DNA from: the human T2T-CHM13v2.0 reference genome, Homo sapiens
Length of the DNA: 64,000 nt
Assembly: GCF_009914755.1 (NCBI RefSeq)
Contig: NC_060928.1
Reading direction: 5' to 3' (one strand)
Shown here: piece after piece, positions 29,795 through 44,422 of the stretch
How the letters are laid out: each line of letters starts with the position of its first letter
How positions within the stretch are numbered: position 1 is the first letter of the stretch
The notes under the pieces: model-generated
Told to the model about the DNA's origin: nothing
What the model saw: only the letters and a program-made list of their open reading frames with translations
Databases searched by the model: none
Translations under genes and position numbers: made by a program

Positions 29795-30324
29795 TTGGAT
29801 TTGATTTTTGTAAAAATTGCTACAATTCTCCACCCCTGCCCTGTATCCATACCCTTTGCAATGTGACCTGCAGCAGTTCCCATGAGGAGGTAGATGATAT
29901 TTTCCCCCAGCCCTTGAATCTGAACTCATTTCGTGAAAACTTTGAAAAATAAAATTCAATGGAGGTGACAGTGTGCCAGTTCCCAGGCCCTAAAAGGACT
30001 TGTGCTTTTATTCTCTCTCTCTCTCAAAATGCTTCCACTGCCCTGTGGCTTGCTGGAGAAGAAAATACCATGTGCAGAAAAAAGCCAAACCAGCTGGTGC
30101 GATCTTAGATTGACCAAGCTCGATCAAGCTCCACCAGCTCCCCACCTGACTGTAATTGAATGAAAGGGCCCAGCCCAGCCCAGCCCAGCCCAGTCCAGAT
30201 AACCAGAACTGTCTAACTGGCTAATTGACTTCTGAGCAAAAATAACTATTTGTTGCATGTCTTTATGATTTTTTTCCTGGTTGTTTGTTACATACCATTA
30301 TTGTGGCAATGAATAACAGATACA
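29795..30324 (+). mobile_element. MLT1H/G-like LTR with an internal (CCCAG)n at 30169-30197
   Basis: 'gtatccataccctttgcaatgtgac', 'cccttgaatctg', 'ggtgacagtgtgccagttcc' and the end 'ttgtttgttaca..ttgtggcaat..taacagataca'. Confidence 0.8.
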
Positions 30325-31591
30325 GAAGTGGAAGCTGTTACTGATTTTATAATAAGTACTAAATTTACTATATTTCATATTATGCAACGAATTAGTACTC
30401 TTAATTTAATAACTGGCTTATTTCTTAAACTCTCTTCTTATTATACCTTCCTAGTCAATGAGTCACTACTCTTTACTAGAACTATAATCACGCCTCAGTC
30501 AAAAAGCAAAGCACATGTTTTAAAAAATTTCTACTCAAAGATTTAAGTTTTGCCATCAAAGTGTGCACGTATTAAATTCAATTCTCAGGATCTCCCCACC
30601 CCACAACCACCAGCTTTTACCTGTATTTTTTCTAAGATCCCTAGCCAGTTGTACATCGCTATGTGCTCCTAGAATTCTCCAGATTAAAAGATGATGACAC
30701 AAATGCAAACTTCTTTACACAAAAGTCCTACCAAAAGCCATTGTAATTGATTAGGTGGCCTCTGCTGGCTCTGTGGTACAAGATTGCTTTCATTCATACC
30801 CTGCAGGTTTATGTCACCAGTTTTCCCAGCAAGACACTTCATGGGCTGACCTCCTGTCTTAAAATTCATTTAAAATTCTTTACCTGACTACAGACTGTCA
30901 AATGCAGTCAGATAACCCTAGCCTAGTTTTAAAAAAGAAAAATAAATCTGACAAAGATGAAGATACAGGGAAACATTCAGAAAGAATTGCTCATTGTACC
31001 ACTTAGAAAAAACTATTTTCAGTTGGAGAGCAATGCTATTAGGTAGAGATGTACAATATTGAAAGTGATTTAATAAGGTAGATGACAGTTTGCCTTCTGT
31101 CCTTTCTCTATCTGGCTGTCAAGATTCAGATAGTGCTATCTCACCTTGCTTTGTCATATATCCAGAGGATTTAGTGAGATTAGATCATTAATGACCCCAA
31201 CCCTAGAACAATGAAAGAATATTATTCACCACCCTTTCTGTATAGAAGTATGTATAAATTATCTAAGCAGCCTTGAATATCAGAGTTTATGAAAGCCTAG
31301 GCATTGTTATAATTTTAAGAATAGTTGGCATTGGACTAGCATTCTACAGTTCTCCAATTTTCTTTTTCACTGCTGTAAGCTTCTTTGGTTCATACTGAAA
31401 TCCGGTGAGGTAGGTGGTTGAGGGAGTGAGGTAAGGGGCGTGAGAAGGTGAAGTCGAATCTGTGACTAAATGGCTCCCCTTCCCCTGCCCAAGCCTTCTA
31501 AGCATTACAATCTGATTTCATGTGAGATTCTTTGACTCACTCAGAGAGAAAGAAAAATGGAACTAGTTAACCAAGACCTGAATCTGTCTTC

Positions 31592-31720
31592 TAGTCATTT
31601 AAGTTTTATTGAGTCTAGTATGCACCAGATAGCATACTGGGCATTTTCATATTCTATCTTGAAAATCACTCTGTGAGTTTGGTATCATAATTCATATTTG
31701 AGGTGAGTAAAGAGACTGAA
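31592..31720 (-). mobile_element. MIR fragment
   Basis: 'tttattgagtctagtatgcaccag..ctctgtgagtttggtatcat..gaggtgag..gactgaa'. Confidence 0.55.
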
Positions 31721-32604
31721 AATAAATCCTTTTTTAAAAATAGCTTAAATGCCAAGCAATAAAACAATAGTTTAATTGTAATAATTTGCCTTGCCTATTT
31801 AACTTGTGGAGATATTGAGGACACAAAATATTATACAATTTGGCCAGAGTTAAATTAGCTTTCCCTTGCTTTATGTGAAACTGGGCAAACCTTTAAGTTA
31901 CATATAGTCTTTCCTTGGAAACAGATCATCTCTGAAAGGCCTCTAATATATGATAAATGATGTGGGATGTATTAATATTGTCATTTATCTCATTCTATGT
32001 TATCCCTTGGTGCCTATTTTCAATTAAGATAGACAGAACAAAACTTGTTTGTTATTTGTTAAATATATAATACATCAAATCCTTGGAGGAAGCAAACAAT
32101 CACACTGCCCATGGCTGTCTACCTAAACATACTTGCTAGAAGATGCTGGATGCCACCCAATTCCTGTTTATCTCTTGCCTACTCTTCCTCAAACCTAATG
32201 TTCAACATCTTCAAATTTATCTCTCTTAATCCCCTACATGAATTCACCCATTTGTGTTCCCATTCTAGGTTGTCTATATATTGGTGTCTCAACATATCTG
32301 TGCATTTTTTTCAGGTTCTTTTTTTCATTCTTATGAAGCCCTTTCATCCCTACATTCAGCATGAAGCATTCATCAAGTAATCTCTTGTGAGTAACCCCTT
32401 CTCCTTACTCAGTAGTACTTTCTTATACATTCATGGCACCTTGCCATATGCTACCTAGTACCATTTTTTAAATTTTGTGCCTGATCCATGTCAATATGTA
32501 GGTTCTTGATATTAATAATAAATTCTCATTTAATAAGTTTCTAGCAGATGATAAGAACTCAACAAATAGTATATATCTGCTACTATTGCTAAAGATAATA
32601 TGTA

Positions 32605-32710
32605 CATTATTTCATTTAATCCAAGGAGAATTAAATTATTTCCCATTTATAAATGAGAAAACAGAATGTCAGAAAGACTAAACAACCTGCCCAAGATTAC
32701 ACAACTGATG
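32605..32710 (-). mobile_element. MIR fragment, flanked by diverged L2-like pieces
   Basis: 'ttcccatttataaatgagaaaacaga..aacctgcccaagattacacaact'. Confidence 0.7.
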
Positions 32711-33509
32711 GCCCCGGGGGTTAATATTCCTGTACTTCCACATATGTAGGAAGAGTGCCTTATGCTTTTTTGAATACTCACTAGCTAGCATAGTAATTCA
32801 CGTATAGTCAATACTCAATACATGATTGATGACAAAAATGTAAACAGGTATTTATTTCAATGAAAAAGAAAGTTTCACTTTGTTCAATATCCCATTTCCC
32901 CATCTGAATATTTAAGAAAACAATATAATGTCCTAGAAAAATGAATGACCAGTTGTACAAGCATACCCAGGAATTTCTCATTTGGTAATTTATTCCAAGG
33001 AACTAATACTGAGAAAAAATATTGTAGGGGAAAAAAACGTTTATTTTACCACTATTTAATTTTAAAATTTGGAAATATCCCATTCAATAGAGTAGTTTCT
33101 AAGTATAAATATGTCATTTACATAATGAAGGAAATAATGTGAAAAACTGGATAATTCTGATGTCTGTACTACAGAGAAAAAATATTTTTTAAAAATTTAG
33201 TAAAAAAATAACAAAACCTAAAGCCTTCCAAGTCTATCACCAACTTCCAACACAAATATCTGGCTATGTGCCTCAGCAGCATGCAAGATTGTGCCTCAAC
33301 TTTTAGTTTCAGCAATCACCATGGGAGGACCCAGCTTCCGGCCTTCCCTGTTTTAGGCTATGGACATCAACAACCAATCAACTCCCTACTCTAGACATTA
33401 AAAGCTAAATTGTGCTCCTCACTTTCTTAATACCATTTATTTGACAATTTTGTATATTATCTTACTTATTCCTTTTAATGACCCTGTAAGGTATTTGTGA
33501 ATGGGACTG

Positions 33510-33880
33510 TTACATCTTCCTTCCAGCAGAGCAGGAAGTGTGCACGTCTAATTTCTAAGAAACTAGGTGGAAACATGTGACTGAGTTTTGGCCAATGGAA
33601 AGTAGTGCAGGCATGATATGTGCCACTTGACTTGGCCATAAAACGTTCTTTGCAGTCTTATATGCTGTCTTTCCTTCACCCATGGAAGCCAAAAGCAAAG
33701 CGCTCTAAACAGCTTAGTGCGAAGAAGGAAGGATGAAGAATCCCTGAATGCATCACTTAGAGGAGAGCCACCCAAGTGTGCCATCCAATTGAAGGATAGT
33801 TGAATCCAATTTTAGGTGAAATGAAATAAACATAGAAAAAATTGAGTTCAAGGTTAATTTCTGCAACTTGGGTTGGTGCA
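33510..33880 (+). mobile_element. MLT1J/L-like LTR
   Basis: 'catgtgactgagttttggccaatggaa..gatatgtgccactt..tccctgaatg..cacttagaggagagcc..gaaataaac'. Confidence 0.75.
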
Positions 33881-33979
33881 CATAGACACAAATGGTAACC
33901 TCGAATAAGTACACTCTCAGTTTGACTTGAAAGCTTGTGTCTGTTCCATTATAAAAATCAGTATTATAATTTTAGTTAC

Positions 33980-34155
33980 AAAAATGTATATATATTATAT
34001 AAATGTATTATTATATATAATTATATAAATGTATATATAATTATATAAATTATATAAATGTATATGTAATTTATATATAATATATAAATATAATTAATAT
34101 ATAATATATAAAAATTACATATTCTATACATTATATAAATGTCATTTATAATAAT
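33980..34155. repeat. AT-rich low-complexity (TATAA/TA)n tract
   Basis: Nearly pure A/T degenerate repeats. Confidence 0.9.
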
Positions 34156-35596
34156 AAAATGGTAATAATTAAAAGCTTAGTTAATAATAGAATATGGAAT
34201 ATATTTTGTTGTAGTTAAAATATGACATTGTGAGAAACCATGAAAATCAGTTTTTAAAGAAAACTTTATAAAAATAAAAATGTTCATAGGGAAAATGGAA
34301 AACAATCTTTTATATTAATATTTTTTCATATGGAAATTATATATATAACATATATATTTATAATATATGTTCTGGGCCTAATTTTGAATATGTTTGACAT
34401 AGAAAATATCCTGAAAACAAATCTACCAAAGCGTTTATAGGAGTTTACTCTGAAAGTGGTAGCATTTTTAATTTTTGTCTGCTATTTATTATATAGTTTT
34501 AATTTTCTTAAGTATGTATTATTTTTAATCCAAAAATATATATTATATGGATAATATAGACAATTTATATCCCTTTTTACCTCAAAGCAACATCTAAATC
34601 AAAGGCTCATTCGCTCTCCTGTATGGTTCAGAAACACCTAAGTGTGTGAAGAGCAGGCTCTTTTGTCTTCAACAGCAGCCATATTTGCAGCTGGTGATGT
34701 TTTTGTATGAAGAATTCATAACTTTTCTTCTGTACTGAGACACATTTCTAAATGGTTCATGATGTGCATCATGAATATCTTTTATTGCTGTACTTTCATT
34801 GAACCAAAATGGATTGCTATTAGTTTAATGTATTCAGTATGTACAATTTTTTGCCAAATGGTTGTGACTCTATCAGCATATACATTATTTAGATTTTTTA
34901 ACTTTCAATACTGTCTGGAATGTTATATAAGCCTTCTGCAAACTCCTGAAATGATTTAATTTCTGTATAAAACACTGTCGGCAACTTTACTGCTGACAAA
35001 CTATCCCAGGCAAAAAAGCTCAACAGCAAATCAGTCAAAACTAATCCAAGGTTCATTAATCACTTAATATGCAGAACAAGCATTCTTCTTCCTGCTTTCT
35101 CCAGAAGATGGTTAAAATGACATTTCTGCTGTTCTCATTGCCTGATTCTCGAGACTAAGGAAGTATTTCTTTAGTTTGCAGGCAAAAGACAAAAACAACC
35201 AAAATGTTATTTCAGAAGGATTTTTCTGTTTTCTGGTATCTATGTTAATAGTCTGATCATCTAAGTTGATTTCTTCTTAATAATATGAAGCTCATCATTG
35301 TTTTTATTTTACTATCTTTAGGAATATTTGCTTTTAATAGCAGTAAATACCAAAGATGAAATTTCTTCTCAAATTTCTCTCTGGAGGAATGGGGGTTTTA
35401 TGAATTATATTCAACAAAGAGTAATTTTAGGATTTTTGAAAGCTCATTCTTCAGTTTTTTTAGTGAAACGCTGAAGAGGTTAGCTGAAAATTTAGAGGCC
35501 TAAGTTAAAACTCCAAGGCTGGTATTCTTCATTCTATTTTTATTAGCATTCTATACCTATTAATTCATTAATTTATTATAATGTTTTATAATTGCG

Positions 35597-35622
35597 TATA
35601 TATATATATATATATATATATA
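35597..35622. repeat. (TA)n microsatellite
   Basis: Uninterrupted TA run. Confidence 0.95.
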
Positions 35623-35835
35623 TGACATTTTCTTTATCCAATCTGTTTCGCAATTGGAACTTTAAGCAGAAGTTACTTGTTTAAGTGATATATTTATAGT
35701 CAGCTTACTACCTTCATTTTTTAAGGTTACTAGGCAAACTTGTTATGCTTATCTCAATGAGATTTTGGGGAAATATCAAGTTTTAACTTTATTGATTGAA
35801 AAAGCAATAGGTAGTGACTCAATTGCTTTGATTGA

Positions 35836-36335
<500 letters not shown>

Positions 36336-36699
36336 TAAATTAATGGTTAATAATCTGTACCATTCATAACAGAACTCATAAGTAACTTCTTGTGGAGCTA
36401 TCAAGAGTGTGCATAGTAAATTTGGTGACATGATAATTAATAGAGATTGAGTTGATAAATATCAAGTTGACTGGATTTTGCTGCACCAATAATCCTACTA
36501 AATTCCATTCTTAAGACCGAAATACAGCTCAGAATATTTTGTTTCAGTCAAAGCACGAGGAGGATTAAATTCAATTAAAAACTTTGGCACATGACATCTT
36601 AAGTGAATCAAACAGCCACCCTGTCTTCCCTATGTATTAATTAATCTCTTCTAGGTTTCAAGAAAGGGGCATACAAAGGTTCCCTTGCATTAGCAATGA

Positions 36700-36955
36700 A
36701 CAAAGTATGTTCCAGTGAATGCTAGTTGTGCAGAAATAGGTATTTCATCAAGTACTTATTAAATATAAGTGTGAGAACTGCTTGTTTCAAAAAATTAAAC
36801 AGAGTTTTCTTTGTTTTGGCTCTAAGGCTATTCAACATCTTTAGTTTATAAATAGAATTGTAAAAAAAGTATGAGCTTATTATTTACATTTTGCAAATTT
36901 TCACTTTATATATCCCATAATAGTGTCTGCATGAAACACTTTAGAATATGTGGGT
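36700..36955. mobile_element. Possible MER103C-like hAT remnant
   Basis: 'tgttccagtgaatgctagt..ttaaacagagttttcttt..gaaacactttagaatatgtg' weakly resembles MER103C. Confidence 0.3.
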
Positions 36956-37779
36956 ACATTGAATCATTGAAAATGTGTATCAAAGTCTATATGACCTATA
37001 CTGTTTTCAGTGCTGTGATTTCATTGATGAGCAAGAAAGAAAAGCTAACTGCTCATAGAAAATTTACAAGCCAGTGGGGATGAAAAACAATTAACATGTA
37101 ACAGTTGAACAAAATCATTCTGAAGAATGCTGAATACTAGGAAATACATGCAATAGTAAAATTAGATCTAGAGTGACTGGACATGAAGGAAGCCAGGGCG
37201 ACTTGCGCAGGTTGACTAGAGACGGGTATATTATTTTGGGCTGATCAGAAGTGGGGGAAAGGAGTGTATTACTTTATGATCCAGTTAAAGCGTATTCCAG
37301 ACAGAAAAAAATATGGCAAATTCAAAGGTCTTTGTTTTACAGAAGTTTATTATAAGGATACACGAGATAGCTACCAAACATCAGGATCTCTTGCTAGCAA
37401 GATAGCCACTCTGAGACCACAGTACAAATATTTAGTCCCTGAAACTGTTTTCTAACTATAACCCCTCATTAAATTACGCACATTGAAAGCATTTTAATAT
37501 CCCGTGATTACAGTTGACTATATGTGTAATAAACACCTGGACAAGATGAACCAACATAAAGCATGGGATTTGCATTTTATTTGAACTAGAAGACCAAGAA
37601 ACCCTAGGCAGATGTTAGTAGACCCCTGAACTGAAAGGCTAAGTATATACAACACATAAAACACCATTTGCATTCCAGATTAAAATGAGCTGTTCTTTCT
37701 GTTCTTTATTTGGCTTACTACTTAAGGCCTGAAGTAGTGACAATATAATTTAAGGACTTTTTAAAAATTGACCCATTAA

Positions 37780-37915
37780 AAAGTTGATCTTGTGGAGATA
37801 GTGAGTAAAATGATAATTTCTAGAGGCTGGGAAGAGTGTGGGGGCAAGTGGAGAATGAAGAGAGGTTGGTTGATGGTTACAAACATAAAGTTCGATAGAA
37901 GAAATATGATCTACT
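37780..37915 (+). mobile_element. L1MA-type 3' fragment
   Basis: 'agaggctgggaagagtg..gaagagaggttggttgatggttacaaacat..gatagaagaaata'. Confidence 0.8.
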
Positions 37916-39514
37916 AACTAGGATTTTTAAAATTACAATTATAATAGACAATTAAAACTAAATTTAAATAAAGAGATCTGAAGAAAACATTACATAATAG
38001 GCATTGGCAAAGACATCCAAAACTAGATGTTGAACTACAACCGTCCTGAGAAACAGAAAATCAGCAATAAAGATTTCTTAATCTTTACACAATGACATAG
38101 GATTTTTTCAGCAAATCTGACATCCTGCAGGAGACGCTTTAGGTTCTTGAGGTCTCGATCAAATTTTCCAACCCTTAGAATTAGATCTATTTCTCCCAGT
38201 AAATCTTTGCCATATTCTCCTTATGCACATTAATTTTGTATTCTAATACTGATGATTGCTATCAGGTGTTACTTTAAGAAAATTCCAGGGAGATGGCCCT
38301 CCTTAGGAGCATGATGTCCTCATCTGCCTTTTGGTACATGACTCATCTCTACTTCAAAAGGTTTTATTGGTCTATCCAGGTCCCATGGAAGAAAGAAAAG
38401 GAATCTTAGGAAAAGGCCTTAGGATTCCTTTCCAGAAAGGAATGTGAGCCTGAAAGGCCCTTTATATTACATGGATACAACACTATTATATACCTTCATG
38501 CTTTCATTAGAGAATACACTCGATATTCAGACAAAAAAAAGCCAAAACCAATTTTCATTAATCATACAACTTAGACTGAATAATGCTTTTCTAATTTGTG
38601 GTATCTTATAAACTAACTTAATTCTTCACTTTGCATCATATGTATAAGACTTTATTCAATTCCTAAGAATTTGATTTATTTTTCTCTCTCAGAATATCTT
38701 GAAGAAAAATTAGATGACAGGATATAAAATATATTTTTACTTTTTATTTGTATAAGTTTTTACATATTCAAACATAGAAATGTATTTCATTTTGCTGAAC
38801 AGATATGTTTCTAAACAGTTGCCTGTAAATCAAATTCCTACATATTGAAATTGATTTTGTTATTGGCTTTCATTATAAACTGAGACATGCCTGGAGATGT
38901 GTTCCTCTAGGGAATTTAAAATAAACTGGACTTAAAATGCAATACAATCACAATCACAACTGATGCAAAAATGTTGAGACTAAGATGTTTTTAAAACAAT
39001 ATCACTTTTTAAATTTTAGTATTATCTAAAATATACACTTAAACATTTTACTTAGAGTGTGGTTTCTGGCATTCCACATCTTAAAAGTTGGGGAGTAAAA
39101 AATTATGCAAGCCACCTTGCAAAAATATAAAATCAAAAGTTTTTCAATCTGAAACCTTTCTCTTCTTTGTTCTATTATCAGAAAAATAAATACAAATATA
39201 TTTGGTACGAAAGTCTCTATACACACTAGTAAAGTATGATAAACTGGAATAAATGGAGACTCTGAAAGAGTGCAGTCATAATACACCAGGAAGTCCACAC
39301 AGAAGCACATTGGAGATGACGTATACTTACTTTCAAGTGGCATATCACAACTTGTGTCTTGGCAAGAGTGATGGGCCCATCATGCAAGTGTCAACCATTT
39401 GCAGCTATTTGCCAATTCTGCATAAACCGAAGACCTCACTGAGTCTTAGTTATCTTGTTATTGAAGACAGAATATTTGGATAACAAAGAAAAAAAGGTAA
39501 AGGGGGAAAAAGAA

Positions 39515-39640
39515 GTAATATTTATTGAATATGTATAATAGCAGGGCTAGATACGTTACGTATGTTACTTCATTTACCTCTCACCACAGCCCTGTCTGGG
39601 AGATTTCATTTTCCCCATTTATTGTTGAGAAAAGTAAAGC
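39515..39640 (-). mobile_element. MIR fragment (a second fragment at ~39790-39900)
   Basis: 'atatttattgaat..catttacctctcaccacagccctg..ccccatttattgttgagaaaa' and 'gagaaaactgagactag'. Confidence 0.65.
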
Positions 39641-40284
39641 CACCAGGACGAGACAAAATAGCTAGTATATAAGTCCTGTACTATTCAACTGCATATTCTA
39701 TATACTTTCTGTAATGGAGACTTTGATTTAATACTTCCTAAGTGCAAGGTGTCATGCTGGATGTTAAGCGGGCGTTAGTTCCATGTCATTGCATTGTGAG
39801 AAAACTGAGACTAGGCAGGGTAACTAAACACATCCATGGCAGTAAAACTAGAGAGTTAAAAAAAAGTCTCCCTGCTGTACAAGCCTATTTTATGTATGAC
39901 TTTCCTTCAACAGCCACTTTACCTTCCAAAACTTGTTGATTCTGTGATTCAAATTAAGTATGGGAATAACATTTAATAAAATTTATAGAAAAAAATGTTT
40001 GTAAAATAAAATATTAGAAACTTCATAATGAATTTGTATTAAGATATACTGTGAATATAAGTTTCTGGGCATTGAGATATATACAATCAGACATATGTAC
40101 TACGATTATTAATTAGGTTCACAAGAAACGGTAACTGCTTGGTTTTATGCCCTCCATAATTTGTGGCTTTCTTGGTTGTAAATCACTCTTTAGAAAAGTA
40201 GTGCACATTTTTTCAAGACTCCTTTTACAGTTTTATTTTCATTATTCAAAAATAACGAGTAAAATGTATTTTAAATGTTTTTCT

Positions 40285-40353
40285 TTTTTTTTTCTTTCTT
40301 TTATTATACCTTAAGTTCTAGAGTACATGTGCACAACGTGCAGGTTTGTTACA
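40285..40353 (-). mobile_element. Extremely 5'-truncated young L1PA (PA3-5-like) 3' terminus
   Basis: Poly(T) plus 'ttattataccttaagttctagagtacatgtgcacaacgtgcaggtttgttaca'. TSD ttaaatgtttttct (40271-40284) / ttaaacgtttttct (40354-40367). Confidence 0.92.
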
Positions 40354-41399
40354 TTAAACGTTTTTCTACTAAAAATAGTAGTTCGGCCATATACTAGAGT
40401 CAGCTTTAAGGCAAAAGTTTTAAGCACCCAAATTTAGCAGGCAAAAATTACCCACCTATTCTACCAGAGGAGAACAGAAAAGTGTTACAAATACTCTTCT
40501 CTATTGGAGAAGAGGAGTTAGACACAGTATCTTAGTAGAGTGCATGTTTTGTCTTTCCATCAGGTGAAAAACTGGAATCATTGAGGAATTAAAGTTTCTT
40601 CTCCAGGTCCATGGAAACTCCCGAACAACCAAAAACTACAAACAAAGATTTTTTAAAATCTCAAATTTCTTGCTAAGTAATCTGGTCCCTTCTCTAGATT
40701 ATGAAACCTCAGAGATTATTTCCCAATGCACCTTGTATTTCTGTCTTCCTTTTGTGGGAGAAACTTACACTATAGCTATTGCACATTATAGGAGTCTTGA
40801 GAAATAGGTTATCTGACATCATTTTAAAGTTACTCTCCTTAATGACACAATATGCTTAATATAAAATGAGACATGTATGACTTAAATTTTATATTCTTTC
40901 CAAAATCAGTATATTTTTCTTTTAATAGTAATAATGTAGAATCATGAAATGAAAGAATTTCACAATTAATTTGTGCACCTTAATGTAACCAAAAACATTT
41001 TCATTTTCACCAAGAATAAACAGTTGTTACACTGGCTAAAATGTCAGAGAACATATTGCCCTATATTTTTTGACAGCATGGTGTTGTAGGGAAACTGAAA
41101 ATCCCTTCAGGCCAAAACAACTACTATTCCGTGTAATTAAGAAAGTAATAAAAATGCATCCTTGAAATAGCATGAAATTCAGAATCAAAGAAAAGGCGAA
41201 AACAGACATTTTGTGAGACACCTACTGCCAAAGATGACTTTGCTACTGAAAATTTCTGCCAAATCTTGGGTCAAAGAATGTAAGCCCCAAATTTAGCATT
41301 TGTGGATAAGAAACAAAACCTTAGATATAATCAATGTGGAGAATTTTATAGAAAATTCAAAGGATACAGCTGCACTATAAGAGATGATACAGAAAGGAA

Positions 41400-42118
<719 letters not shown>

Positions 42119-42122
42119 ATAT

Positions 42123-42179
<57 letters not shown>

Positions 42180-42200
42180 TATACATACACACATATATAC

Positions 42201-42237
<37 letters not shown>
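42119..42237. repeat. Compound (TA)n-(CA/TA)-(GT)n-(TA)n microsatellite
   Basis: Alternating purine-pyrimidine tract derived from the Alu tail. Confidence 0.95.
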
Positions 42238-42284
42238 CCTTGTAAATATAAGAACAGAAAAATTTAAGGCACTTTCAGCATGCA

Positions 42285-42869
<585 letters not shown>

Positions 42870-43173
42870 AAGAAATAGGACGTTAAATTATCTGTGATTG
42901 TGGATTTGTCTATTGTTTTTGGTTTTTAATACATATATATGCATATATAGAGAGAGATAGATTTGCTTTGTATGTGTGTAAACTATGTCATTGATTATAC
43001 AAAGTAAAGCAATCCCATATGTTCCTGAAATTCTCCTAGGTTCCATTTCAACTCTAGAAATATGTCTTGCTTTAATTTTTTTGTTTGCTTGTTTGATATT
43101 GGGCTAGATAAATCAACTTAATTTTGAGTAGTACTTTCACTGCATATTTTTTCATTATTTTTCTGTTTGTTGT

Positions 43174-43182
43174 CTATCTATC

Positions 43183-43225
<43 letters not shown>

Positions 43226-43246
43226 ATTTATCTACCTACCTACCTA
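43174..43246. repeat. (TATC)n/(TACC)n tetranucleotide STR
   Basis: About 10 uninterrupted TCTA units followed by CCTA units. Confidence 0.95.
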
Positions 43247-43524
43247 ACTTCCTAGCATCTGTTTATAACCAAAACACAGTTATATATTTGGGTCTTATTT
43301 TCTCACACATGTTGAGAATTATAATTTTTAATCTGCAGTATTATTTCATTTATCTTAGAAGTAATTACTGATCTATTTGTGTTTGTTTGTGTTATTCATT
43401 TTCAATTTGACTTTTTACTTTATATTCTCTTCCCTACTTTCTTATGTTTCTAAGTTAAAGAAATATTTGTGTTAGACCATATTTTTCTCTATTAACCAGT
43501 TATTTATTTAACTTTTTCTGTTTC

Positions 43525-43830
43525 AGCTGGGCACAGTGGTTCACGTCTGTAATCCCAGGGCTTTTGGAGATCGAGGCAGGTGGATCCCCTGAGGTCAGGT
43601 GTTTGAGACCAGCCTGACCAATATGGTGAAACCCCGTCTCTACTAAAAATACAAAAATTAGCCGGGCATGGTGGTAGGCACCTGTAGTCCTAGCTACATG
43701 GGAGGCTAAGCCAGAATTGCTTGAACCCAGGAGGCAGAGGTAGCAATGAGCCAAGATCATGCCACTGCACTCCGGCCTGGGCAAAAGAGCAAGACTCCAT
43801 CTCAAAATAAATAAATAAATAAAATCAAAG
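43525..43830 (+). mobile_element. AluS (Sx/Sq-like), full length
   Basis: Dimeric Alu with a (TAAA)n tail. Approximate TSD taactttttctgttt (43509-43523) / taactttctctgttt (43835-43849). Confidence 0.94.
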
Positions 43831-44037
43831 AAGATAACTTTCTCTGTTTAAACTATTACCCTAGAGTTTTGCTGTCCTATATTGTAGCTGGTACCTACAC
43901 ATATCTGATTACATTTAAATGTGATAAGATTTAATGATATTAAAATTTCAAAAGCGACATTTCAAGTGCTCATTGTGGTGAGGCTACTGTACAGAACAGT
44001 GCAAATATAGAAAATCTATATGATCACAGGGTATTAT

Positions 44038-44414
44038 TGTCTTTGTTCATTTTCTGCTGCTATCACAGGATATCACAGATTGGGTAATTTATGAAGAAAG
44101 TGAGTTAATTTTGCTCATGGTTCTGGATGCTGGGAAGTCCAAATGCATGGTGCTGACATACAGGGAGGGTCATCGCATGACAGAAAGGCAGAAGAGGGAA
44201 AGGCAAGAGAGTGCATGTGAGAGACAGTTCACTTCAATGACAAAGCCAGTCCCTCAATAACTAACCCACTCTTACAATAACAGCATTAACTCATTCATAA
44301 GGGCAGAGTCCTCATGACCCAATTACCTCTCAAAAGCTCCACCTCTTAATATCATCACAATGGCAACAAGTTCCCAACACAGGACATTTTGAGGGACACG
44401 ATCAAACCATAGCC
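44038..44414 (-). mobile_element. MST (MSTD/MSTC-like) MaLR solo LTR
   Basis: 'ttctggatgctgggaagtccaa', 'cattaactcattcataagggcagagtcctcatgacccaattacctc' and the end 'tcaaaccatagc'. TSD attat at 44033-44037 and 44415-44419. Confidence 0.9.
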
Positions 44415-44422
44415 ATTATACA

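Noticed and set aside
34756-34775. Palindrome ttcatgatg-tg-catcatgaa
   Set aside because: A 9-bp arm with a short loop is expected about once by chance in 64 kb.
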